64,000 nt of DNA from Candidatus Melainabacteria bacterium 17Bon1m (GTDB taxonomy: Bacteria > Cyanobacteriota > Vampirovibrionia > Obscuribacterales > Obscuribacteraceae), in assembly GCA_032128875.1 (NCBI GenBank), contig JAVLKG010000002.1, positions 384,001 through 448,000 on the forward strand, written 5' to 3'. This document shows positions 20,119 through 30,467 of the stretch, piece by piece. Numbering within the stretch: position 1 is the stretch's first letter; every line of letters begins with the position of its first letter. The translations under genes and the position numbers were made by a program. Under the pieces are notes generated by a model, which was not told the DNA's origin, ran no database searches, and was given only the letters and a program-made list of their open reading frames with translations.

Positions 20119-21105
20119 TTATACCGTACTGATCAGTTGGTAGACTTCCACCGGTTTTTGCCGGCCTTTTACAGAGAATTGATTGACGTAATTGAACTGG
20201 AAGCGCTCACGTGCCAGGTCGTGAGTTACACCATCGACCCAAATTTCGCCTGCGTGGTCGCTGGTAATCAGCTTTTCTAATCGAAAGACGATATTGGCTG
20301 TGTCGCCAGTGATAGCTTGTCCGGCTCCTGATTGACCGAGCGTACCGGCTGCGACTGGTCCGGTCGCCAGGGCTATATCGACAACGAGCGGATGCTTTTT
20401 GAAGGGCCAAAAATTCGTGTCTTTTGCCAATCTGGCAGTGATAGTACGCATTTGCAAAGCTGTAAGACAGGCTTGGTAGGCTTGTAGCGCCGCGCCTTCT
20501 TTCGAATCGTCGCCGCTCCAGTAAGCCATGATCGCATCTCCGGCGATTTTTTCGAGCTGTCCGTAATGTCTGTGTATTTCTTCGTTTAGTGCGTCAAAAA
20601 CCATTTTCTGAGCGCGCATGACGAGATCTGGCTCGGAAGCATAGGTTTCCATGAGCCCGCTGAAATCGACAATGTCGCCAACCAGAATTGTGGCGTTGAT
20701 TAAGTGAATGCGGAATTGAGTTTTGTCTTGCTCATCTCTGTCCTCATCCATCTCTCTGGCAGCGTTGAAAGGTGGACTGACAAGCAGGTCGTACTGAGCA
20801 ATTTTGACTTTGTCGCCGCTATGCAGAATGTATTCTTTGCCCGGTGTAAGACGCGTGCCGTTCAGCGAGGTGCCATTAGTCGAGCCGTTGTCAACTAGCG
20901 TCCAGCCTTCCTGTGTGCAACGGATTTCGGCGTGCTGACCGGAAACTTCCGGAAATGGCAAAACCAATCGGCGTTTGTCGCCGGCGCCAGGTTTTCGACC
21001 TATCGAAAGGACCTCGCCTTCAACAAGGTCTAGCGACCAGCCGTCCGGTGATTCTGGCAGCACCGTAATGGAGCCGGAAGTCGAATTTTTCCCAACTGAA
21101 GACAA
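20119..21105 (-). CDS. FHA domain plus class III nucleotide cyclase
   Basis: FHA: IGR, VSGQHA, STNGT; cyclase: GDIVDFS, KIAGDAIM, GDTAN..FRLE, VKGR. Confidence 0.9.
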   Translation of the reverse strand: MSSVGKNSTSGSITVLPESPDGWSLDLVEGEVLSIGRKPGAGDKRRLVLPFPEVSGQHAEIRCTQEGWTLVDNGSTNGTSLNGTRLTPGKEYILHSGDKVKIAQYDLLVSPPFNAAREMDEDRDEQDKTQFRIHLINATILVGDIVDFSGLMETYASEPDLVMRAQKMVFDALNEEIHRHYGQLEKIAGDAIMAYWSGDDSKEGAALQAYQACLTALQMRTITARLAKDTNFWPFKKHPLVVDIALATGPVAAGTLGQSGAGQAITGDTANIVFRLEKLITSDHAGEIWVDGVTHDLARERFQFNYVNQFSVKGRQKPVEVYQLISTV

Positions 21106-21188
21106 TTCCGCGGAAACCCTTTTAGATAGCCAAGTAGATAGCTAAAGGCTCTATAAATACGTTGTTTATTATAACGATGGTCAAGTTG

Positions 21189-21220
21189 TTCTAACCGTCT
21201 CAAATGAGAGACGGCTAGAA
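21189..21220 (-). terminator. hairpin downstream of metK
   Basis: ttctaaccgtctc-aaatga-gagacggctagaa inverted repeat. Confidence 0.45.
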
Positions 21221-21248
21221 TTCTCAATACTTGATTTCACCCGGCCGC

Positions 21249-22508
<1,260 letters not shown>

Positions 22509-22527
22509 GGCTGTATCTCCTTTGGAT

Positions 22528-22618
22528 ATGGCAGTGAAGGTATTTCGAGCCGCTCTAAAATGCAGAGCCTGGCTCAATGCCGGGCAACGGCGCCCGTCTG
22601 CTTCACCAGCCGTGCCAT
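22528..22618 (-). promoter_or_regulatory. structured 5' leader of metK, candidate riboswitch or cis-regulatory RNA
   Basis: Nested stems AUGGCA/UGCCAU, GGUGAAG/CUUCACU, CGGGCG/UGCCCG, UUGAGCC/GGCUCGA, GCUCU/AGAGC ending 4 nt before the SD. Confidence 0.5.
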
Positions 22619-22893
22619 GTTTTTTCTCAAAGCGGGCAAATAAAGCCGTTCTTGAGAACAAGGCAACTGTCATGCTAGCACCTTTCCATATCTGTACTAG
22701 AGAAAGGAATTAAAGATGCCGCAAAGATGAAGACGATGACTGGCCGGCTGTCGTTCCAGGCAGCTCAAGTCTTAACGTAGGTGTAGCAAATCTGAGCGAG
22801 AACGGCAAAGCATGCCAGATCTGTTGGATAGCAGTGATACCATATAAGGGCCTTGGCGAAACCCCCTATAGAACGTAGATATATCCAACCCCC

Positions 22894-22921
22894 GGAACAC
22901 GTTTGTTCGCCAGCGCGTCAA
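22894..22921 (+). promoter_or_regulatory. ECF-type promoter upstream of the SigG-like gene, probably autoregulatory
   Basis: GGAAC-N17-CGTCAA matches the general ECF -35 AAC / -10 CGT(C) pattern. Confidence 0.6.
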
Positions 22922-22948
22922 TGCAATCAATCGTCGAGAGGAGTCGCC

Positions 22949-23575
22949 ATGGCGACAGGCTACAGCCAAAAAAGCGATAGAGACCTTGTACTGGCTTGCC
23001 AGAGGCGTGAGCCCGCGGCATTCGAGGAGCTGGTCAAGCGTCACCAACGCACTGTTTATGCCCTTCTTTACCAATTGGCACCCGATTGGACAGATACGGC
23101 AGATCTTGCCCAAGAAGTGTTTATCAGGGTTTGGAGAAATATCAACAACCTGAGAAATCCATCTTCGTTTCGCTCGTGGCTGACACAGATTGTCACCAAC
23201 ATCTTCTATGACGAGTTGCGTAAGCGTCCTCGTAAGTTGCCAACCGTATCTATGGATGAAGGCATTGACGACGAGGAGGGAAGTGACGGCGCAACCCGCG
23301 ATATTGCCGACACATCCGCCCTCCCCGATGAAAATGTTCTAAGCAAAGAAGTCAACGAAGTCATCCGCGCGGCCATGATGCAACTCCCGGAACAGTTTCG
23401 GACGAGTATCGTCTTAAGGGAAGTGGAGGGTCTCAGTTACGAGGAAATTGCGGTTCTAACAAAGACAGAGATGGGAACCGTAAAGTCGCGAATCGCGAGA
23501 GCCAGATTAAAGCTGCAAGAGATGCTTAAACCGTATCTCGAGAACAGCAACTCGCAAGCTGAAATATCGGGGTGA
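22949..23575 (+). CDS. ECF sigma factor, similar to cyanobacterial SigG
   Basis: DTADLAQEVF, FRSWLTQIVTN..YDELRKR, LSYEEIA...GTVKSRIARAR; RBS gaggag before ATG 22949. Confidence 0.92.
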   Translation: MATGYSQKSDRDLVLACQRREPAAFEELVKRHQRTVYALLYQLAPDWTDTADLAQEVFIRVWRNINNLRNPSSFRSWLTQIVTNIFYDELRKRPRKLPTVSMDEGIDDEEGSDGATRDIADTSALPDENVLSKEVNEVIRAAMMQLPEQFRTSIVLREVEGLSYEEIAVLTKTEMGTVKSRIARARLKLQEMLKPYLENSNSQAEISG

Positions 23576-24486
23576 TCGGGGTAATGGTCGAGTCTTGTGA
23601 AAAGTACAGAATGGAGTTGTCGGCGCTGTTAGACGAACAGCTTGACAAACAGCTCAAGACCGAAGTGGAGGGGCACCTTTCCGGCTGTAATGATTGCAGT
23701 CAGGAATTGGACACACTGAAGTCTCTATGCCAATTGATGTCCAATCAATTCGAGCCGGATAATCTGGAAATGCCAGATCTCTGGGCGAAGATGAAAGACC
23801 AGGTGCCGACTGTGTGCCAGGTGATGGACGAAGATTTATCGGCGTATTTGGACGGCGAATTGCCGGCACCGGCTCAAGAAGGTGTCAATGTACATCTAAA
23901 GGAATGTCCGGACTGCCTCGCCAAATTCAAAACGCTCAATACAACCAATCAATTTATTTCGAAGGGATTGGAATTACCGACGGACCATAAAGTAGATCTG
24001 TGGCCGGCGGTTAAGTCGAGACTAAATGAAGACTGTGCTCTTATTCATACGGAGCTGTCTCCATATATCGATCAGGAAGTCGCAACTTTGCGACATCGCG
24101 CCATCACCACGCACCTTACTGATTGTCAGGGGTGCAGAGATGAGTTCAACAGATTATCTAGTGTTGGCGATGCGATAAGAGAACACTATAAGCCGGATAT
24201 CCCGGAAGATTTTGATCTCTGGCCTGGTATCAAGTCTCAACTGCAAGTGGTGCCTTTCACACCGAGGGCTAACAACAATCAGCAGAAGAGCAAGCCTGGT
24301 ATGCGTCGTGCATATTGGATGAGCGCCGCAGCTGCAGTGGTTTTGGGTATCATTGGTTTTGGTAGTTTTTGGCTAATGTCTCCATCAACTTCTTCAATAA
24401 AGACTGTCAGTGCAGAAGACTACTTGATAGAATCGGCACTGACAGAACCAGCCGGCAGTGCTGAGGCGGTCCTCTATGAGTACTAA
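23572..24486 (+). CDS. membrane-anchored anti-sigma factor with three tandem zf-HC2/ZAS domains
   Basis: HLSGCNDC, HLKECPDC, HLTDCQGC, each followed by DLW; C-terminal TM; GTGA overlap with the sigma gene. Confidence 0.87.
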   Translation: MIGVMVESCEKYRMELSALLDEQLDKQLKTEVEGHLSGCNDCSQELDTLKSLCQLMSNQFEPDNLEMPDLWAKMKDQVPTVCQVMDEDLSAYLDGELPAPAQEGVNVHLKECPDCLAKFKTLNTTNQFISKGLELPTDHKVDLWPAVKSRLNEDCALIHTELSPYIDQEVATLRHRAITTHLTDCQGCRDEFNRLSSVGDAIREHYKPDIPEDFDLWPGIKSQLQVVPFTPRANNNQQKSKPGMRRAYWMSAAAAVVLGIIGFGSFWLMSPSTSSIKTVSAEDYLIESALTEPAGSAEAVLYEY

Positions 24487-24520
24487 GATGGGTATTGAGG
24501 TGGGTGGTCAGAACCGGTCT

Positions 24521-25018
24521 ATGTACAAAGTCGCAAAGAAAGTAGTTTTGGTGATCGGCATCCAATCTGCATTGGTCTTGCCTGCATTCGCAGACGAGAG
24601 CTGCTGTGTTGATTGGAGCAAGCTAAATCTTTCACCACAACAAACGCAGCAAGTGCAGCAACTGGAAACCCAGTGGCAGCAAGACTATAGTCAAATCAAA
24701 CCGGCTATTGCGGACGAGCAGCGCAAACTTCAGCGTTTACTCGAATCGCATAATGCTGATCCTGTTGAACTGATGGCAGTACAGCAGTCTTTGACTCGTA
24801 AAAAAGAACAGCTCAATCAAGCTGCAACCGCAAATTATTTGCGCAAAAGACAGGTGTTGAACGAAAATCAACAACATCAGTTGGAGCAAATGATTCGGCA
24901 GCGCATCATCGCCAAGCAAAAGGAAATGCATCCTAATATGCAAAGCAATGATATGCCGGGACGTCTGCAAAACTTGATGCAACGCGTATTGCAAACTAAT
25001 CCACCGGATAAGCCCTAA
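24521..25018 (+). CDS. Spy/CpxP (LTXXQ) family periplasmic protein
   Basis: Signal peptide (LVLPAFA), LNLSPQQ and VLNENQ motifs, Gln-rich helices. Confidence 0.75.
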   Translation: MYKVAKKVVLVIGIQSALVLPAFADESCCVDWSKLNLSPQQTQQVQQLETQWQQDYSQIKPAIADEQRKLQRLLESHNADPVELMAVQQSLTRKKEQLNQAATANYLRKRQVLNENQQHQLEQMIRQRIIAKQKEMHPNMQSNDMPGRLQNLMQRVLQTNPPDKP

Positions 25019-25051
25019 TTTTCAGGGACCAAACCGGCATAGAGGCGCTCA

Positions 25052-25077
25052 CTGAGCGCCTTTTTTTGTGCGTAAAA
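25052..25077 (+). terminator. intrinsic terminator of the sigma/anti-sigma/Spy operon
   Basis: aggcgctc-act-gagcgcct followed by a T run. Confidence 0.8.
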
Positions 25078-25378
25078 ACGCCAGATGGAAGTTTTCCTTT
25101 GGTATCGAATGTGGTGTCGCCTGTCTGAGAGTTATTTCCCCAGTCCTCCAACCATGGGACCAAAATCTCCCAGGTACACTCATTGTTTGCACTTTCATTG
25201 AAGAGTAATAAGAACCATTTCGACACAAGAATTGAATTATGGGGAAGAACAACCGCTAGCTCATGGCTCAGTTTCTTAAAAAGGTTAAGGTTTAGCCTTT
25301 GACGTTTCATAAGTAGAGCCAGTCAGGCTAGCCGGATGGTAGCCTAGGGGTCTTTGCTGTTAAAAGGAGACTGAAAAG

Positions 25379-27145
25379 GTGATTTCCGAAAGGCTGGCAA
25401 GCCTTGTTGAGCGTGCGATTGACAGGGCTACAAAAGATGGAAAGTTGGGACCGCTCACGGGCTGTCCGATTCCGGTTTTGGTCGAGCGTCCGCGCCTTCC
25501 AGAGCATGGCGACCTCGCTGTCGGAACTGCACTTAAGCTTGCCGGACAGGCAAAAATGCCACCTATTAAGATTGCTGAGATTATTGCCGAGTACATAGAA
25601 AAGGATGAGGAAGCCGGCAAGCACAACATAGAGCGTTTGGCAGTCGCTCCTCCTGGATTTATCAATTTCCATCTTTCCACGGGCTGGCTGGAAGCCGCTT
25701 TGAGCAATATTCATGTAAAGGGCGAACAGTTCGGCGCGCTGAATATCGGCGAAGGGAAAAAAGTCCTGGTTGAGTATGTTTCCGCCAACCCTACAGGCGA
25801 TCTCCACATAGGTCATGGTCGTGGAGCAGTTTATGGCAGCTGTTTGTCTAATCTTTTTGCGTTTGTAGGTTTTTCTGTAGAACAAGAGTTTTACGTAAAT
25901 GATGCCGGGGTTCAGATTTCTCAGCTTGGAGAATGCGCTTGGGCTCTTTATCAGAGGCTCCAAGGGCGCGATGTACCTTATCCGGAAGAAGGCTATCCGG
26001 AAAATTCTTTGATGCATTTCCTCGAGCCTATCGTAAAAGAGTACGGCGATAAGTATTTGAGTTGCGACAGCGAAGAAGGGCCAAAGAAGCTTGGTGAAAT
26101 AACCAAAATGACCATCATGGAGTCGCAAAGAAAGCTCTTGTCGCGACTGCACGTCAACTTCAATACTTGGTTTTCAGAAACTTCGCTGCATACATCTGAT
26201 GCTGTTTCGTCCGTGCTTAAAGAGTTCGAGAAGAAGCAGAAGAGTTATGAGTCGGAAGGCGCACTGTGGCTCAAAGCTAAGGAGCTTGGTGATGAAAGAG
26301 ACAGGGTCTTGCGCAAAAGCACAGGTGCAACAACTTATCTGGCTAATGATGCTGCTTATCACCTGGACAAATTCAATCGCGGTTTCGATCAGCTCATAAA
26401 CATTTGGGGCGCAGACCATCACGGTCAAGTGCCGGGTCTGAAAGCTGTTGTAAAAGCGCTTGATCTGGACGCCGACAAGCTCGAGATTATTCTTACCCAG
26501 ATCGTCAATTTGAGCCGTGAAGGGCAGATGGTGAGGATGTCGAAACGCGCAGGCACTGTCGTCACCCTGGAAGAAGTTATGGATGAGGTCGGTGTCGATG
26601 CGACTCGCTATTATCTGGCTGAGTCCAATCCGCAAAATCCTATCAATTTTGATTTGGAGTTGGCTAAGCGCACATCCAGAGAGAATCCGGCGTTTTATAT
26701 TCAGTATGCACATGCACGCTGTTGTGCAATTTTACGGCGTGCAACTGAGGAGCAAGTCAATCAAGAGTCTGGTGTGACCGAGAAGCCTGTTCTTACACAA
26801 GAACAGTTAGAAGCGTACAAAGTCGATTATAAAAATAGCCCGCAAGCGTTTAGAGCCGCCTTTGAGCCTGGACATGAGGTCTACCAGCACCAGAAGGCGC
26901 TGGTGCAAAAACTAGACTCATTTCCAGATGAGGTGAAAGAAGCAGCGCTTTCGCGACTACCCGGCAGATTGGCTCGATATGCATACGATGTGGCCAATGA
27001 TTTGCAAAAGTTCTACGAAGTATCGCGCGTTATCACTGATGATTTATCGGTCACGAAAGCCAGGCTGGGACTGATTCTTGCAACTAAGCAGGTGCTGGCG
27101 AATGCGCTCAAAATAATTGGTGTGTCGGCGCCGGAGCGCATGTGA
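25379..27145 (+). CDS. argS: arginine--tRNA ligase
   Basis: EYVSANPTGDLHIGH, WGADHHG, RMSKRAG, YIQYAHAR, C-terminal APERM. Confidence 0.97.
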   Translation: MISERLASLVERAIDRATKDGKLGPLTGCPIPVLVERPRLPEHGDLAVGTALKLAGQAKMPPIKIAEIIAEYIEKDEEAGKHNIERLAVAPPGFINFHLSTGWLEAALSNIHVKGEQFGALNIGEGKKVLVEYVSANPTGDLHIGHGRGAVYGSCLSNLFAFVGFSVEQEFYVNDAGVQISQLGECAWALYQRLQGRDVPYPEEGYPENSLMHFLEPIVKEYGDKYLSCDSEEGPKKLGEITKMTIMESQRKLLSRLHVNFNTWFSETSLHTSDAVSSVLKEFEKKQKSYESEGALWLKAKELGDERDRVLRKSTGATTYLANDAAYHLDKFNRGFDQLINIWGADHHGQVPGLKAVVKALDLDADKLEIILTQIVNLSREGQMVRMSKRAGTVVTLEEVMDEVGVDATRYYLAESNPQNPINFDLELAKRTSRENPAFYIQYAHARCCAILRRATEEQVNQESGVTEKPVLTQEQLEAYKVDYKNSPQAFRAAFEPGHEVYQHQKALVQKLDSFPDEVKEAALSRLPGRLARYAYDVANDLQKFYEVSRVITDDLSVTKARLGLILATKQVLANALKIIGVSAPERM

Positions 27146-27327
27146 TCTCGGTTAATACCAGTCACTAATAAAATCAGCGGATCTATGGACGCATTAATTC
27201 ACTTCTGAGGCGGGCACAAAAGCCCGTCAAATGCTTCCGTGTACGGCAGTCGGGTGCTAGGCTAGAAATAGGACATACCATCACGCTTATTTGGGATCCG
27301 GCATAGCCGTATTAGCTTAGGGGACTT

Positions 27328-27948
27328 TTGATGGACATGGAAGATAAGTTCAGCCTGGAGCTGACTCAAGAAGAAGGGGTTCTTCTTCTGACCAGTGCTA
27401 GGCTTTTGGATAAGCTAGTTGCGGGCGTCACAATTCATTCAAAAGATCGAGATGAGCTCATCAAAGACATAATAGAGAAGCTGGCGCAAAAGGTTGCACC
27501 GGCTCTTTCTGTAATGTCTGACGAGCTTGCCGATGCCATAGTGGACTCTGTTCTCGGGTGTGATGGCGAAGATGATCTCGATTTTGATTTAGCTCTTATT
27601 GAGAGCGAGATGAATGCAGAGCAGCTTGATCTGCAGGTAATGAATTTCCCTATGTATGCGACTGACGAGACTTTGCCGAAATTAGAAAAGGCGCTTGTCG
27701 ATCATAGAATGGTGAAGGCTGAATACTATAGTTTTGCCAGAGAGTCCGTAGACAGAATTACCCTCAACCCGTTGACCATCTTAAAGGAAGAAGGGCTCTG
27801 GCGGGTGATCGCATACTGTCACGAGCGCAAAGAAGTTTTGCTTTTCCGCGTTGACAGAATAAAGCAATTGAAAGAAACGGCACAGCATTTTGAAACTCCA
27901 AAGGACTTCTCACAGCGAAAAGCTCAGCGCTACGCCACATACTGCTGA
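27328..27948 (+). CDS. WYL domain protein without a recognisable HTH
   Basis: C-terminal WRVIAYCHERKEVLLFRVDRI; acidic helical N-terminus. Confidence 0.75.
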   Translation: MMDMEDKFSLELTQEEGVLLLTSARLLDKLVAGVTIHSKDRDELIKDIIEKLAQKVAPALSVMSDELADAIVDSVLGCDGEDDLDFDLALIESEMNAEQLDLQVMNFPMYATDETLPKLEKALVDHRMVKAEYYSFARESVDRITLNPLTILKEEGLWRVIAYCHERKEVLLFRVDRIKQLKETAQHFETPKDFSQRKAQRYATYC

Positions 27949-28062
27949 ACCTATTAATTGCTCTATTGGTTTACTGGTTCATTGATTTATTGAAATTTTG
28001 AATTAGTCATTTCAAGCTGATAAACTCTGAACCTTCGGAGCGTTGTTTGAAACGGGTTTATC

Positions 28063-28560
28063 ATGACTTTCGCCAGCAGAATAAAAGAAACGAGCGGCAA
28101 GATTGCCGTCGGCAGTGACCATGCCGGTTTTGTCTTGAAAGAGAAAATCAAGAAATTACTGACAGGAAAGTCAATTGATTTCATTGATTTCGGGACATTT
28201 TCTCAGGACTCCTGTGACTATCCTGACTACGCACGGAAAGCCGCGAATGCTGTCGTCTCAGGCGAAGCAATTTGCGGAATACTTTGCTGTGGTTCGGGAG
28301 TGGGAATTTCAATCGTCGCCAACAAAGTGAGAGGCATACGGGCTGCACTGTTGCACGAGCCTGAAACCGCAGCACTCTGCAGGCAGCATAACGACGCCAA
28401 CATACTCTGTATGGCCGGTCGCACCATGAATGAAGCGCTTCTGGAACCTACTCTTGAAGCTTTTCTGAACACTGAATTCGAAGGCGGGCGTCACGCTCGG
28501 CGCGTCGATAAGATCGAAGAGCCGCGTAAAGGTGAACAAGCCGGTAGTTGGTCGAAATAG
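28063..28560 (+). CDS. rpiB: ribose-5-phosphate isomerase B
   Basis: GSDHAG, CGSGVG, ANKVRGIRAA, HNDAN, FEGGRHARR. Confidence 0.96.
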   Translation: MTFASRIKETSGKIAVGSDHAGFVLKEKIKKLLTGKSIDFIDFGTFSQDSCDYPDYARKAANAVVSGEAICGILCCGSGVGISIVANKVRGIRAALLHEPETAALCRQHNDANILCMAGRTMNEALLEPTLEAFLNTEFEGGRHARRVDKIEEPRKGEQAGSWSK

Positions 28561-28573
28561 AACAGATTACGAA

Positions 28574-28602
28574 TTAAGAGGCGCAGAGTATGCGCCTCTT
28601 AA
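28574..28602. terminator. hairpin between convergent genes
   Basis: ttaagaggcgca-gagta-tgcgcctcttaa, perfect 12-bp stem. Confidence 0.7.
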
Positions 28603-28636
28603 GGTTTTAACGACGCTTGCAGCGCCAAGGTTTCAA

Positions 28637-29152
28637 TTACTTCTTGCGGCTTTTTCCTGAACCAGTGGCTACGAGCTGTTTTTCACGGTCTCTTTCCGTT
28701 GCCATCTCTCGGCGCCAGACAGCAAATGCACGTGGAATCAGATTGCCTTGATTGTCGTAGGCTGGTCCGATCAACGCTGTGTCAGGCATTCTGGACAGCC
28801 ATTCTCTTTCAAAACGACTTAGAACTGACGTGAATCCTACGTCCCCCAGAGCTTCCGCAATAGGAATGCAATTGCTTCTGCCCTCGCTGGTATTCAGGAG
28901 AAGAGCTATGCATGAGGCTCTGCGTGATCTTTCCGTGGGTTCTTGATAGGAAAGATCCATATTATATGAATTGCCAACCAGCAAGTAACTCTTGCCCGGC
29001 CATGCGTCGGTCTTCTTGTACGGTGTCACATCAATATGATTGAGCAATTGCGTATAACGCTCTCTCGCTCTGGCTTCTTCGCGTTCGTCATTTTCGTCTG
29101 CAATACGCGTCAACTTCACCAGAAGACGATTTGAATCTTCCTTCGATGGCAT
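28637..29152 (-). CDS. hypothetical protein
   Basis: 171-aa ORF filling the gap, with a ggaga RBS upstream; no domain recognised. Confidence 0.65.
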   Translation of the reverse strand: MPSKEDSNRLLVKLTRIADENDEREEARARERYTQLLNHIDVTPYKKTDAWPGKSYLLVGNSYNMDLSYQEPTERSRRASCIALLLNTSEGRSNCIPIAEALGDVGFTSVLSRFEREWLSRMPDTALIGPAYDNQGNLIPRAFAVWRREMATERDREKQLVATGSGKSRKK

Positions 29153-29342
29153 AGAAGAGTTCTCCGAAATCTTTATTCAGTCACTCAATATTCATGCACC
29201 TTCAAGTGCGTGACTAAACTTCAAAAAAACAATTTGGAACGCAATTAAGATGAATTCTCAAACCCATGTAAATTCAAATATCTTGATGATATCTCTGTGG
29301 CATAATCACTAGGACTGATTTTGGAGATTGCTGGATCTAGCA

Positions 29343-30449
29343 ATGCGAATAGTAGTTGCACCGTGTGCATACAAAGGTACGTTCTCGCCGACGATGGTGG
29401 CGCGGGCGATGGCAGAGGGAGTCAGGCACGCGGTACCCGATGCCGTAATTGAAATGATTCCGATAGCTGACGGCGGCGATGGAACCATCGAAGCGCTCTA
29501 CGCGGGAGCGGGTGGAAAAGTCGAGGAGATGCCGGTCAAGGGAGCACTCGGCGAGCCGGCAACGGCTGTTTGGCTGTCGTTGCCGGACTTGGCTGTAATT
29601 GAATTAGCGAGCGCCTGCGGTATAGCAAAGCTGACAGGCAGAACCTTAAAGCCCCTGGAAGCAAACACTTACGGACTCGGGCAAATAATCAGAGCTGTAG
29701 TAGAACTGCATCGCTACAAAAGGATCGTTATCGCTGTTGGCGGCAGTGCCTCCACAGATGGTGGCGCAGGTGCGCTCACTGCATGTGGTGCTAGATTTTT
29801 TGACGCTCAAGGTAATGAGATCGCTCTAGGTGGCGGTAATTTAGGAAAGATTGCTCGTGCCGATGTTGCTCATCTGAAAGACTGGGTGCGGGATGTGCGC
29901 TTAGAAGTGGCGACCGATGTGCACAATCCTTTGACCGGTCCTGATGGCGCGGCGAGAATTTTTGCACCGCAAAAAGGAGCTATAGATTCGGATATTGAAT
30001 TGCTTGAAAGCAACTTGATTCACTTCGCCGAAGTGCTGGGAGCGGCCACGGGCAATGCTGATTCGAGAGCTCCTGGAACCGGGGCGGCAGGCGGCACAGC
30101 GTTTGGTTTAGCAACCGCTCTTGATGCAAAAATTGTCTCTGGCTTTGCGTTTGTGAAAGAGGTTTTGAACCTCGAGAGCAAACTAGAGAAAGCTGATTTG
30201 ATTATCACCGGTGAAGGCAAGCTAGATGGGCAGACTATTTCCGGTAAGGCGATCGGGGAGCTGCTCAAGCTATCAAAGTCGCTGCGACACCCTTTAGTTG
30301 CCGTGCCTGCTATCGTTGCAAGAGACACAGACGGACTAAACGGTTTTAAGGCGATCGTTGCGGCCTCGCATGACGACAAGCTTGCCTCCTTCGATGACAT
30401 CGCTCGTGCGACTGCTGAAGCTGTCCGTCAATGCAAACAACCCGGTTGA
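29343..30449 (+). CDS. glycerate kinase (GlxK/GarK family)
   Basis: APCAYKG, PIADGGDGT, GGSASTDGGAG, APQKGA, GAAGG, TGEG.LD.QT..GK. Confidence 0.93.
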   Translation: MRIVVAPCAYKGTFSPTMVARAMAEGVRHAVPDAVIEMIPIADGGDGTIEALYAGAGGKVEEMPVKGALGEPATAVWLSLPDLAVIELASACGIAKLTGRTLKPLEANTYGLGQIIRAVVELHRYKRIVIAVGGSASTDGGAGALTACGARFFDAQGNEIALGGGNLGKIARADVAHLKDWVRDVRLEVATDVHNPLTGPDGAARIFAPQKGAIDSDIELLESNLIHFAEVLGAATGNADSRAPGTGAAGGTAFGLATALDAKIVSGFAFVKEVLNLESKLEKADLIITGEGKLDGQTISGKAIGELLKLSKSLRHPLVAVPAIVARDTDGLNGFKAIVAASHDDKLASFDDIARATAEAVRQCKQPG

Positions 30450-30467
30450 TTCTTTTTCAAGACTTGC

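Noticed and set aside
22509-22673. 55-aa N-terminal extension of MetK in the ORF track
   Set aside because: MetK homology starts at RYLFTSES and a strong SD precedes TTG 22508; the region is better read as a structured leader
25080-25378. T-box or small ORFs upstream of argS
   Set aside because: No T-box motif seen; minus-strand ORFs lack an RBS and cross the terminator
25328-26713. Long minus-strand ORFs (274 and 179 aa), and similarly 50707..51429
   Set aside because: Antisense shadows of argS and trpS with no motif support
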